From contig OZ024742.1 of assembly GCA_964016885.1 (NCBI GenBank), positions 219,976,001 through 220,040,000 of the forward strand: a stretch of 64,000 bases of DNA. Reading direction: 5' to 3'. A program made the translations under genes and the position numbers. Positions within the stretch are counted from its first letter, which is position 1, and each line of letters starts with the position of its first letter. Below the pieces are notes generated by a model. It had not been told where the DNA came from, made no database searches, and was given only the letters and a program-made list of their open reading frames with translations. Below, piece by piece: positions 27,421 through 38,592 of this stretch. This stretch comes from Eledone cirrhosa. Its lineage: Eukaryota.

Positions 27421-27505
27421 CACCGAACTGCATTTAACCCTTTGTGTTTTCATTGGTCAATTTTGAACTGAAATTTTGAATTGTTGTTATTATCAATAAA
27501 TATAC

Positions 27506-27660
27506 TTCATTATTTCTGAAGACGGCGTATATATGTGTTTGGTATGTATATTTAATCTTGATAATTTGTATAATTTTGTATAATTTTGTACATAGATCTG
27601 TTGAATATGCATACCAATTCTAACACATATATATCCTAGAAACGATCGTTAAATAATGAA
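27506..27660 (+). ncRNA. Type I hammerhead ribozyme motif with very long stem II
   Basis: Stem I TTCATTATTT/AAATAATGAA (10 bp), core CTGAAGA (27516-22), stem II helices TATATATGTGTT/AACACATATATA and TTGGTATGTATATT/AATATGCATACCAA, GAAA (27639-42), palindromic CGATCG, GUU triplet. The base of stem II is mismatched. Confidence 0.75.
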
Positions 27661-27740
27661 CTTTTTTTGTTTAATATAAGGAATTGTTTATTCATTATTT
27701 GTTTAATATTTTATATATATATATATATATGTATATATAT

Positions 27741-28853
27741 AATAAATAACAGATTAAAGTTTAAGCAAAGAATCGCTGCTTTCACCCTTAACGGGATCTT
27801 CTGAAACTAAAAAAATCAATCTGTGAACGCAGAAGTAAATATTTCCAAAAAACGTTGCAACCGAAGGAAGACAGGAAGACAATACTTTGGTTCGTGGAAA
27901 CGTTCTCTGGCAATGAATGGAAAAAACGAAGATAATACGTCATTATGTGGAACACACAAAGACAAAACCACGTTTATGGTATAACTGAAGTCGTAGACTA
28001 AAATTCTATTTAGGAAATCGAATGATTCTCGGCTTCAGAGTTAAGAATAATGTAAATAAATTTACATGTGTATTTACATGTAGGTGTGTGTGTGCGCGCA
28101 TTATGTACGTATTTATGTGTGTATATTTATATACGTTTATATAATTATACTAACATTAAAGCCCGGCGTTGCTCGGGGTCAGTAAGTTACCAAAGTTAGG
28201 TTGCACCACCCATTTTATGGCATCACCTGTTTGTCTGTCAGGCACTGGGTGAATGAATTGCAGACCTGGACTGCCGAAGCAGGAGCTGCGCCATCAGTGA
28301 CAATTGTAGTTTCGCCTATGGATATTATCTTTGTGCAAAGAAGTGTTGAAATTTATTGTTTCACAGTACTTGCGCAACACGCGCGTAGACGATGCCAGCC
28401 GAACAACAGAGCTGCGATGGAGTTGTTCTGCATGGTTGTCTAATGTGTGTTTTCTAAATTTAAGACAGTTGGGAGGGGTGTGATATGGGGGAGAATTAGC
28501 TGCTGTTTCTAGCAGGTTTAGTGACCTCATAGAGGATATGTGTTTTCTAAATTTAAGACAGTAGGGAGTGGTATGATATGGGGGAGAGTTAGCTGCTGTT
28601 TTTAGCAGGTTTAGTGACCTCATAGAGGATATTATTGTGTATAGTAAATGAACTGATACTTCTTTCTTCCACGTTCGTTGATAGAGGTTTTAAAAAAGAT
28701 TTATCGCTATTTTTGTTGTTGTTGAATAAATTTATCTGTTGCTTTTGAATAATTGTTGTTTCGTATGAAATGTAATAAGTTCTCTTTGTCATTGAAGTAA
28801 ATAAATGTTTGACCGTTCCACACTAAAAAACAAACTTACCTCTCTCTCTCTCT

Positions 28854-28886
<33 letters not shown>

Positions 28887-30010
28887 TAAAGTTTGTAAGT
28901 TTAATCCTATATCAGAGAAAGTTGCAGCATGTATGTAGTTTTATCGAATTTTAAGGGGAGTAGAGAGAGGTAATCAGATTCTATTAGAGGGATAAAGCGT
29001 CATGTATTTAGTTTTATCGATTATTTCCGTAATTGTGGGTAAGTGTGAATGAAATAAATAGTCGTTGACCTAAGTTAGACCATTTACAACATTCTTACAG
29101 ACTTTGAGTCAAATCGGTTTGTTTATACATTGTGCAAATGTATAAACATGGAACATGCACACACACACACACACACACACAACAACAACAGTCTGCCTTT
29201 TATAGATAATGATGTATACACGCACACACACACACACACATATATATAGATATTTTTTTATATATATTTTTATGTGTATTTGGTGTATACGTTCGTATGT
29301 ATGCGGGTACAGGCGTTGCATGGGTTATGTATGTGCGTGTTTTTTTTGTGTACGTGCTTGTATTTGCATACCCATGGCGGGTGTTTTCGCGTATGCATGC
29401 GTATGTATGTATATGGATGCGTGCATACTCTTTTACTCTTTTACCTGTTCCAGCCATCCGGCTGAGGCCCTACTGGGGCACCGCCCTTGTGAAATGTATA
29501 TATTTATTTTTGTTGATTTGAATTACCTCTGTAATTTATTTACATTATTCTTAACTCTGAAGCCGAGAATCATTCGGTTTCCCAAATAGAATTTTAGTCT
29601 ATGACTTCAGTTATACCATAAATGTGGTTTTGTCTTTGCGTGTAATTGTTCTCACATTCCACATAATGACGTATTATCTTCGTTTTTTCCGTTCATTGCC
29701 AGAGAACGTCTCCATGAACCACCTAATAGAATATTAGTCTTCGACTTCATTTATACCATAAACATGGTTTTGTCTTTGCGTGTAATTGTTTTCACCGCTC
29801 CAAATAATGACGCATATCTTCATTTTTTTACGTTCTTTGCCAGCGAACGTTTCCACGAGCCAAAGTATCGTCTTCCTGTCTTCCTTCGGTTGCAACGTTT
29901 TTCGAAATATTTACTTCTGCGTTCACAGATTGATTTTTTCAGTTTCAGAAGATCCCTTTAAGGGTGAAAGCAGCGATTCTTACTTACACTTTAATCTGTT
30001 ATTTTAATAA
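27741..30010. repeat. Inverted pair of a 320-480 bp non-coding repeat (27741-28065 and 29530-30010), pseudo-LTR-like
   Basis: The arms are reverse complements, e.g. AGAATCGCTGCTTTCACCCTTAA vs TTAAGGGTGAAAGCAGCGATTCT. The right arm has an internal duplication of about 140 bp. A third fragment lies at 36497-36572. Confidence 0.85.
28150..29206 (-). mobile_element. Non-autonomous Helitron
   Basis: Minus strand 5' A|TCTATAAAAGGCAGACTGTT(GT)n and 3' CCCGAGCAACGCCGGG hairpin followed by TTAG|T. Internal 93-bp tandem duplication at 28446-28632. Confidence 0.75.
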
Positions 30011-30218
30011 ATATTTGCTCTACGGTTCTTATATATTTGATATATATATTTATCCTTATCGAGCCCTCTTTGAATTTTAGTCTTCAAATTTATTATTATT
30101 ACTATATATATATATATATATATATATACATGTTCAATAAAAGTTGTTTTGATAAAGACAGGAGTAAGCAGGAGAAAGCTTTCTACAATCATAGTGTGCA
30201 GTTACGATGGAAATGCAG

Positions 30219-30354
30219 TATAAGAATAACATTTAGAAAGATGCTGATGTTACATAAATCGTTTAGTCATTATAATTATTGCATAAGGGAACCATTGAAA
30301 TAATTATAATGAATAAACGATTTATGTAACATCAGCACCTTTCTTAATGTTATT

Positions 30355-30360
<6 letters not shown>
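30219..30360. repeat. 62-bp inverted repeat with 18-nt loop
   Basis: 30219-30280 is the reverse complement of 30299-30360 (3 mismatches), embedded between (TA)n tracts. Confidence 0.9.
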
Positions 30361-30429
<69 letters not shown>

Positions 30430-30620
30430 GTATATATCATCATCATCATCATCATCAACGTTAAGTGTTTATTTTCCATGCTTGCAAGAGACAGACAGTT
30501 TGTCACATACTGGTCAAGTGACCATGGCATGCTCAAAATGTCCCGTTTTTGGCTTATAAAAGAAAAGACATATATATATATGTGTGTGTGTGTGTGTAAA
30601 TATATATATATATGTGTATG

Positions 30621-30673
<53 letters not shown>

Positions 30674-30762
30674 ATGTATGTATGTATATATATGTGTGTA
30701 TGTATGTATGTATATATATGTGTGTATGTATGTATGTATATATATATATATATATATATGTA

Positions 30763-31173
30763 CGTATGGGTTTACCGAACATTTATTATAATGTTCGGTT
30801 TGTTTGTAAACAAACAGCCCGAATTACGCCGTACAGTGCTCGGCAACCATCGTCGCCCTTTTGTTCAACACTGACACAGGAACAATGTACTAGTGTCAAG
30901 CTTATTAGCTATCGTCAGCATCGTATACCTTTCTGTCAGATGTTTGAACGTTTGAAAGTATATACTTTCCTTATGCATATTAACGGCTGAGCAGCCTAAT
31001 TTGCATATCGAGTGAATTAGTCGGCCGGGCATATCGAGTGAGTTAGTATATCGTTCCTGTGTCAGTGTTGAACAAAAGGGCGACGATGGTTGCCGAGCAC
31101 TGTACGGCGTAATTCGGGCTGTTTGTTTACAAACAAACCGAACATTATAATAAATATTCGGTAAACCCATACG
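30763..31173. mobile_element. MITE with 130-bp TIRs and TA TSD (Tc1/mariner type)
   Basis: TA|CGTATGGGTTTACCGAA... (30763-30892) and ...TTCGGTAAACCCATACG|TA (31044-31173) are near-perfect inverted repeats. Confidence 0.88.
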
Positions 31174-31174
31174 T

Positions 31175-31265
<91 letters not shown>

Positions 31266-31390
31266 CATGTATGTATATATATATATACATACTACTGTAC
31301 GTCTGTACACATATATGTATGTACGTATACATACTTATATTTAGGTATCAGCCGTACTAAGAGTGGGAAATGAAATTTCGTTTCATTCTT

Positions 31391-31473
<83 letters not shown>

Positions 31474-31655
31474 CATATATATATGTGTGTATGTATGTAT
31501 ATATATATGTGTGTGTATGTATGTATATATATATATACTAGCTGGCCCGTCCGGTTGGCACCTGGCTACCATTGGCATGTTCTATGGCATCCAGATATAT
31601 ATATAGCTGACGTACCTAGCTTCGCTTGGATAAACAGACGATAAGGCGTCTGTGT

Positions 31656-32300
31656 AGTATAGTATTACTGTTGAAAATATATAGTATAGTATAGTATTAC
31701 TGTTGAAAATATATAGTATAGTATAGTATTACTGTTGAAAATATATAGTATAGTATAGTATTACTGTTGAAAATATATGTTATAGTATAGTATTACTGTT
31801 GAAAATATATAGTATAGTATAGTATGACTGTTGAAAATATATAGTATAGTATAGTATCACTGTTGAAAATATATATTATAGTATAGTATTACTGTTGAAA
31901 ATATATAGTATAGTATAGTATTACTGTTGAAAATATATAGTATAGTATAGTATTACTGTTGAAAATATATGGTATAGTATTACTGTTGAAGATATATAGT
32001 ACATTATTACTGTTGAAAATATATAGTATAGTATTACTGTTAAATATATAGTAGAGTATTACTGTTGAAAATATATATATAGTATTACTGTTGAAAATAT
32101 ATAGTACAGTATTACTGTTGAAAATATATAGTATAGTACAGTATTACTGTTGAAAATATATAGTGTATTACAGTATTACTGTTGAAAGTATATAGTATAG
32201 TATTACTGTTGAAAATATGTAGAACAGTATTACTGTTGAAAATATATAGTACAGTACTACTGTTGAAAATATATAGTACAGTATTACTGTTGAAAATATG
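31656..32300 (+). repeat. 32/27-bp minisatellite, about 22 copies
   Basis: Unit ATATAGTATAGTATAGTATTACTGTTGAAAAT. About 10 copies of 32 bp, then mostly 27-bp copies lacking one TAGTA. Confidence 0.93.
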
Positions 32301-32696
32301 TACACGAATATATAATTATATATATATATATATATAATTAATTAAAAGTTGGTTAGAAGCGAAGTCAATGCAGACCGGCAGACATACAGACAGATATTAT
32401 AAGTGTGCGACTTTATAGCTATGTATCTATCTAAAAAGACAGAGTAAGAAAGAGAGAAGAATGTTGTATTATATATATTATATATAATACAGTACCAGTA
32501 ATGTACTGTGATAATTGCTGGCCTTGTGCCAAAAGTAGAAACAATTATACTTCTTTTTTATACAACTGTAAATAACATGTTTATGTATGTATATATACGT
32601 ATAAAGGAATGCTGTAATAAAATGTACAAATTAAGCTGTCTCTTATTTATGATACTAATACTATATATATATATACACTATATATATATATACACA

Positions 32697-32917
32697 CCGC
32701 TGGGTAAAGAAGTGCCAAGAAATCCCAGTAGAAGGAAGACGCAGTAGAGGTAGAACACGTAAAACATGGGCGGAGATGGTGAGAGCAGACCTCAGATCGC
32801 TGGAACTCACCGAGGAGATGACGAAGGAGCGTGACAAGTGGAGAGATGCTGTGCTGAATAGGACCCGTCCAATTCCTTGCAATCAGGGAAAAGCGGACGT
32901 AAAATGATGATGATGAT
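32697..32917 (+). mobile_element. RTE LINE extreme 3' end (third family)
   Basis: WVKKCQEIPVEGRRSRGRTRKTWAEMVRADL...RDKWR...TRP, followed by CCTTGCAATCAGGGAAAAGCGGACGTAAAAT(GAT)n. Confidence 0.85.
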
Positions 32918-33307
32918 ACACACACACATATAGATAGCGAAGTCAATGTACAGAATGGTTTTCATAATGCAGACAGCCAGACATATCATAAGGGCGCGAC
33001 TGTATAGCTATGTATCTATCAAAAAAGACAGACTAAGAAATAGAGAGGAATGTCGTATAAGCGATCGCTAACCGGAAGTATTAACATTTGAAAATTTTAA
33101 AGAAGTGAGTATTTAAATAAACAATAAAATATCTTTAATCTTTTAACGAAATTTAGTAGACAAAAATACCCTCACTTTCTTACTGGAAAAAGTTACATCT
33201 ATGGTGCAAATTTGGTGCTGTTTGGTCCAGCCATTTGGCGAAAAGTTTGTTACATACATACGGCTGTCAGCTTTATTAATATAGATATATATGTGTGTGT
33301 GTGTATG

Positions 33308-33348
<41 letters not shown>

Positions 33349-33394
33349 ATATGTATGTATGTATATATATATGTGTGTGTGTGTATGTATGTAT

Positions 33395-35304
33395 GTATGT
33401 ATGTTCTTCTGGTTTTATAATTTCACAAGTTTTTGCCAATAGAGAGAGAGTCGGTTTCTAACATAGACACAAGACTCTCTCATGGAATTTACACAACATC
33501 AACTAGGTAGATATGTATGCATGTCTGCATGCATGCATGTGTAGATATGGATGTTATTGTATGTGTGGATGTGTATGTTTTGAATTATATGTGTGCATGT
33601 GTATATGCTTAGTATCTGTACATGTGTATATGCAGTTATTAGATGCAAAATTATTGAAATGTTTTACTTATTTTTACTGTTCCATTAATGGATTGTACTT
33701 GTAATTTCCTAACTAGTTGTGTTCTTTCTGTTCCTGTGAAGCCTAGCTTCTCAAAATTTGTATTGAGGCAGTTACTAACATATCCCAGTGTCCCAATAAT
33801 CACAGGTATAAATTTGAAGGCATAATCAGGGTGGAGTATCTGTAGATTTCTCATCAGTTCTGCATAAATATTCTCCTTTTCGCTAATCTTTGATATTATA
33901 TTGGCATCTGCTGGACAGCTAACTTCCACTACAGTGCATGCCTTCTTTTCCCTGTACCATATCATAATATCTGGTCTGTTATGCCTGCATTTTATTGGGG
34001 TTTTTACTGGAACATTCAACCAGTACTCTTTCATATTATGTATATCTATGTCTTCCACATTGTTGTAGCTTTTAATGTGTTTATTATCAGGGCTATCTTT
34101 TCTATGGATTGCATTGTACAATGTTTTGGCCACTATATCATGCCTCATAGGTAGATAGTACCGCAATGACGTCTTTGACAGCTGCTTATGTAATGGGTGA
34201 CATCTTCGATGTTAATTCTGCAGACTCTGCACTTGTTATCACATCTAGATGCATCCCTATCTCTTTTGTAGATCAGGTATTTTGTGTTGATTTCCTGTTC
34301 TTGGATTGCAAAACCGTATCCTTCAAAGTGCGAGCCAATATAACAGTTGTTGGTCCAAGATAGACTACTTTCTTTATCTATATTACTCTCACTCTGGAGC
34401 TTCCTGGCAACATATCCATGCATGATTTTTTGCTGATAAACATGCAGTTTTTCGTCCATGGATTCACTGCAATACTGCTGAGCAACTTCCCTGAGTGTGA
34501 TTTTTTGATTATCACACAGGGAATACCTCTCGATGAGTTCCTTCCGAACTCTCATGATCTTATCTGTTTCATGCAGATAGACTTGCTTGAGAGACGGGCT
34601 CCTATGCTTTGAGGTTCGTAGATGTTGTCGGAGAGATATGATGCGACATTCAAATGCTGTCTGGACTGATGTTAGGCTTCTGCCTCTGCTTACGTTTCAA
34701 GTAAAGGCGGTCTATATCACTGTTGATGTGGAAGTTTCCGGTGTTGTTTAGTATTTTTCAAGTTCTAACATCAATCGCTCGGATTTCGTCTATCGTCCAA
34801 TTGAGTATTCCAAACGTTGGTGTTAGGACAGGCACAGCAAACACATTGTGAGCCACTGTTTTGTTTTGCGCAGAGAGTTCCTATGACTATATCTTTCTTA
34901 ATCGGGTGTAATATTCCCTGGTTACACGTTCCTTATTACAGATACCATTATAGGATATGTTCTCATCTATCCCCAGGTATCTGTAGCAGTCCTCATCAGA
35001 TATTGGTGAAATAGTTAGGGCATTGATACAAATGTTGCTAGATTGGGTTGTAGTTTTTCCCCGCTTTACAGTCATATATGAGCATTTATCTTGGCCAAAC
35101 TCCATTCCTATATCCTTTGAGAATGTTGTAACCAGGTCAAGATTTTTCTTCATCCCATCCATGTTATTGGCATCGAGTTTCAGATCAACCACAAAGAAAT
35201 TATGGGTTAGGTTCATATTTCTGTCCTCCTGTGAGCCAATGATGTATCCTTCACATTTCTTGAGCAGAAAGGACAAGGGGTTTAATGACAGGATGAATAA
35301 TATG
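33395..35304 (-). mobile_element. R4/Dong-clade non-LTR retrotransposon, 5'-truncated and frameshifted (RT + CCHC + restriction-like endonuclease)
   Basis: LFILSLNPLS...THNFFVVDLKL...DIGMEFGQDKC...YRYLGI; AIQEQEINTKY...CRVC...H..S.C; RHD; RPDIMIW...VVEVSCPAD...EKENIY...IPVIIGTLG. Confidence 0.88.
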
Positions 35305-35975
35305 TATGTATGTTCTTCTGGTTTTATAATCTCACAAATTTTTACCAATAGAGAGAGAGTCACAAGACACAAGACTCTCTCATTGGAATTTACACAACAT
35401 CAACTAGGTAGATTATGTATGCATGTCTGCATGCATGTGTAAATATGGATGTTATTGTATGTGTGGATGTGTATGTTTTGAGTTGTATGTGTGCATGTGT
35501 ATATGCTTTGTATCTGTACATGTGTATATGCAGTTATTAGATGCAAAATTTTTGGAATGTTTTACATATTTTTACTGTTCCATTAATGGATTTTACTTGT
35601 AATTTCCTAACTAGTTATGTTCTTTCTGTTCCTATGAAGCCTAGCTTCTCAGGATTTGTATTGAGGCAGTAACTAACATACGCCAGTGCCCCAATAATCA
35701 CAGGCATAAATCTGAAGGTGTAATCAGGGTGGAGTATCTGCAGATTTCTCATCAGTTCTGCATAAATATTCTCCTTTTCGCTAATCTTTGATATTATATT
35801 GGCATCTGCTGGACAGCTAATTTCCACTACTGTGCATGCCTTCTTTTCCCTGTACCATATCATAATATCTGGTCTGTTATGTCTGCATTTTATTGGGGTT
35901 TTTACTAGAACATTCCACCACTACTCTTTCATATTATGTATATGGATGTCTTCCACATTGCTGTAGCTTTTAATG
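35305..35975 (-). mobile_element. Second, shorter 3' copy of the same R4/Dong-like element in tandem
   Basis: About 670-bp direct repeat of 33395-34075 (RLE domain + 3'UTR), bounded by (TGTA)n on both sides. Confidence 0.88.
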
Positions 35976-36745
35976 TATGTATGTATGTATTTATGTATGA
36001 CAAAGGGCGGAAGAACTCATAAGAGTCAACGGTCATCCAAAAGTGTGTAAATATGTATATACACATGTACATATGTATGTATATGTATATGTGTATATAT
36101 ACATGGGTGCATGTGTATGTATATGTGCGGGGACATAGAAAAAGTCGGGATGGACACCCGATCGCGCAGTTAAACCACTGGGAGTGAAGGAACCCTAGCC
36201 TTTGTCAGGCATTCTTCTAGGAGAAGGCAACTCAGGAAACTGGAATAACTCTGATATAAAACCTGCGGCTCAGTAGTTACCGATGATATTGATCTTTTCT
36301 TCTTTTGGGGTTATAGCTACTGTCGCTCAGAGAGTGGGATTGGCTCAGTGCACCATCTTTCCTCTCCTTAAAAAGTATCTTCACACACAGGCATTGCACA
36401 ATAGAATTAATTAATAATTATTAATATGGTATAAGGTGCAATGGTCATACTCGATAAGGAGGGGGCAGCCATTATGTATGTATATATATATATATATATT
36501 TATTAAAATAACAGATTAAAGTTTAAGCAAAGAATCGTTGCTTTTACTCTTAACGGGATCTTCTGAAACTTCACATTTATTATTATTACTATTATATATT
36601 TATATTATATATTTATATTATATATTTATATTATATATATATGTGTGTGTGTGTCTGTGTATGTATGTATATATATATATATGTATGTATGTAAATGTAT
36701 GTATGTATGTATGTATGTAAATGTATGTATGTATGTATGTATATG

Positions 36746-36799
<54 letters not shown>

Positions 36800-37062
36800 A
36801 ACTCCCTCACAGTAGAGTATCCACGGAAGTATAGTGACTGCTTTCAAGCAAACACTATATACACTTCAAGTCAACCTTACCACCCTTCTGTAGCCTATGT
36901 ATCGTATCAATATCTCCCTCCGCCTTCTGAGATATTTTCACTGCTACAAGGAATTAATCCCCTTTCTTGACCGGTGTATCACGTGATAGAGTCTCCCTCC
37001 GCCTTTCTGAGATTTTCTCGCATGCTACGGACGTATGTAGTTAGGGCTCTTCCCTGAGGTGC

Positions 37063-37153
37063 TCTCTTGATAAGCTGGCTTACCTCACAACAATGTTACA
37101 TATCTATGATATAACATTTTTGCATAGTGACCAGCGAAACTGTACAGTCGGGA
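37063..37153 (+). ncRNA. Type I hammerhead ribozyme, U3-A8 variant, GUC cleavage triplet
   Basis: Stem I TCTC/GGGA, core TTGATAA (37067-73), stem II GCTGG/CCAGC around an inner AATGTTA/TAACATT hairpin, GAAA (37136-39), palindromic CTGTACAG, TC. Confidence 0.78.
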
Positions 37154-37270
37154 CTAAAGAAAAAAATAGGTATATTGTATCTATTATTCCTTTTTATAAT
37201 ATTTTATATATATATATATAAATATATATATATATATGTATATGTATATGTATATATATATATATATAAT

Positions 37271-37588
37271 GGAGGCACATGGCTTAGTGGTTAGAGCATT
37301 GGCCTTGCAATCGAAAGGTTGTGAGTTCAATTCTCAGACCGGGTGATGTGTTGTTTCCTTGAGCAAGACACTTTATTTCACATTGCTCCAGTTTACTCAG
37401 CTGTAGAAATGAGATGGGGTCCCTATCATTCCACTGCAAAGTGGTCGTGGAGGTGTCACGGCAAAAACCACCCAGCACTCACTGTAAATGAGGTTGGTGT
37501 TAGGAAGGGCATCCAGCTGTAGAAATCAAGCCAGTATCAGTTCTCGTCCCACCCTTGCAAGCAGGGAAAAGTGGACGTAAAATGATGA

Positions 37589-37592
<4 letters not shown>
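37271..37592 (+). mobile_element. Family A CORE-type SINE, full length
   Basis: GGAGGCACATGGCTTAGTGG head, CORE-like body, RTE tail with (GAT)n, inserted in (TA)n. Confidence 0.88.
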
Positions 37593-37624
<32 letters not shown>

Positions 37625-38422
37625 CTTGATAATGAAATTCAATTAGGAAAGCAAGTGAGGCTTTCGGAAAGCTAGAAGGGCAACTCTGGGGTCGACGAGA
37701 CATATGCAAGAAGACAAAGGTAAAGGTGTACAAGGCATGTGTGTTCTCTTCTCTTCTTTATGCCTGCGAGACCTGGGTCACATATCGACACCACCTTAAA
37801 CAATTGGAGCATTTCCATCAGATGTGTCTCAGACGGATCCACCGTGTTCACTGGACGGACCACATCAGTGATGTCAAGATTTTGGAAAGCTCTCTGTGTG
37901 ACAGTATAGAAGCTCTTGTGCTTAAGCAAAGGCTCTGTTGGAGTGGTCACCTTGCCAGGATGAAGGATTCTAGATTACCAAAACAATTCTTTTATGGAGA
38001 GTTAATTAAAGGAAAACGACCTCCACATAAACAAAAAAAGAGGTATAAGGATTCCTTGAAAGCCTCTTTGAAAGACGCTAACATCTCTGCTGATACATTG
38101 GAAAATGTTGCTGCTGATCGTAATAAATGGAGAAAGGCTGTATATGAGGGAAAAGTTGCCTTTGAGGCATCTCGAATCACATATGAGAAAGTAAAGAGGG
38201 ATGTGAGGAAGGGCATTACTGTTGCATTTCCAGACAGCAAAGGTTCTTCTATGGCGCTGATATGTAGCGTCTGTGCGAGACTCTGCCTCAGCAAAGCTGG
38301 ACTCGAAAGTCATCTTCGCAGTCATAAAGTGAGGCCAGTGGTTGACTACCAGGCTGCTGTTGGAGATGCTACTCATCATGCTTGCCAAACATGTGGTAGA
38401 GAATGTAAATCAGCAGGAGGGC
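37625..38422 (+). mobile_element. RTE (BovB-like) LINE C-terminal fragment with C2H2 zinc fingers
   Basis: LLYACETW...FHQMCLRRI...WSGHLARMKDSRLPKQFFYGEL...KRYKDSLK, then CSVCARLCLSKAGLESHLRSH and a second finger (CQTCGRECKSAGGL) cut off at 38422. Confidence 0.88.
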
Positions 38423-38552
38423 TGGTGTTAGGAAGGGCATCCAGCTGTAGAAAACCCGCCAGACAGTCCGATGCGAGCAAGACAACCACTCTTGCCTCAA
38501 GTGGGAAAACTCCCGTCCAAACCCATGCAAGCGTGGAACATGGACGTTAAAC

Positions 38553-38592
<40 letters not shown>
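38423..38592 (+). mobile_element. 3' tail of RTE family 1 fused onto the zinc-finger RTE
   Basis: TGGTGTTAGGAAGGGCATCCAGCTGTAGAAAACCCGCCAGACAGTCC...GGACGTTAAAC(GAT)n matches 45182-45335. Confidence 0.85.

Larger units (their letters stand above)
31603..33285 (-). mobile_element. Non-autonomous Helitron-like element carrying a minisatellite and nested insertions
   Basis: Minus strand 5' A|TCTATATTAATAAAGCTGACAGCCGTATGTATGT...GGCTGGACCAA, and a degenerate 3' hairpin (TCCAAGCGAAGCTAGGTACGTCAGCTA). Confidence 0.6.

Noticed and set aside
31656-32300. CRISPR-like periodicity (repeat ending GTTGAAAAT)
   Set aside because: No unique spacers, no cas genes, eukaryotic context. It is a plain minisatellite.
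37726-38550. Host C2H2 zinc-finger gene
   Set aside because: The upstream part is clearly an RTE post-RT domain. The fingers belong to the retrotransposon and the ORF end is a fused LINE tail.
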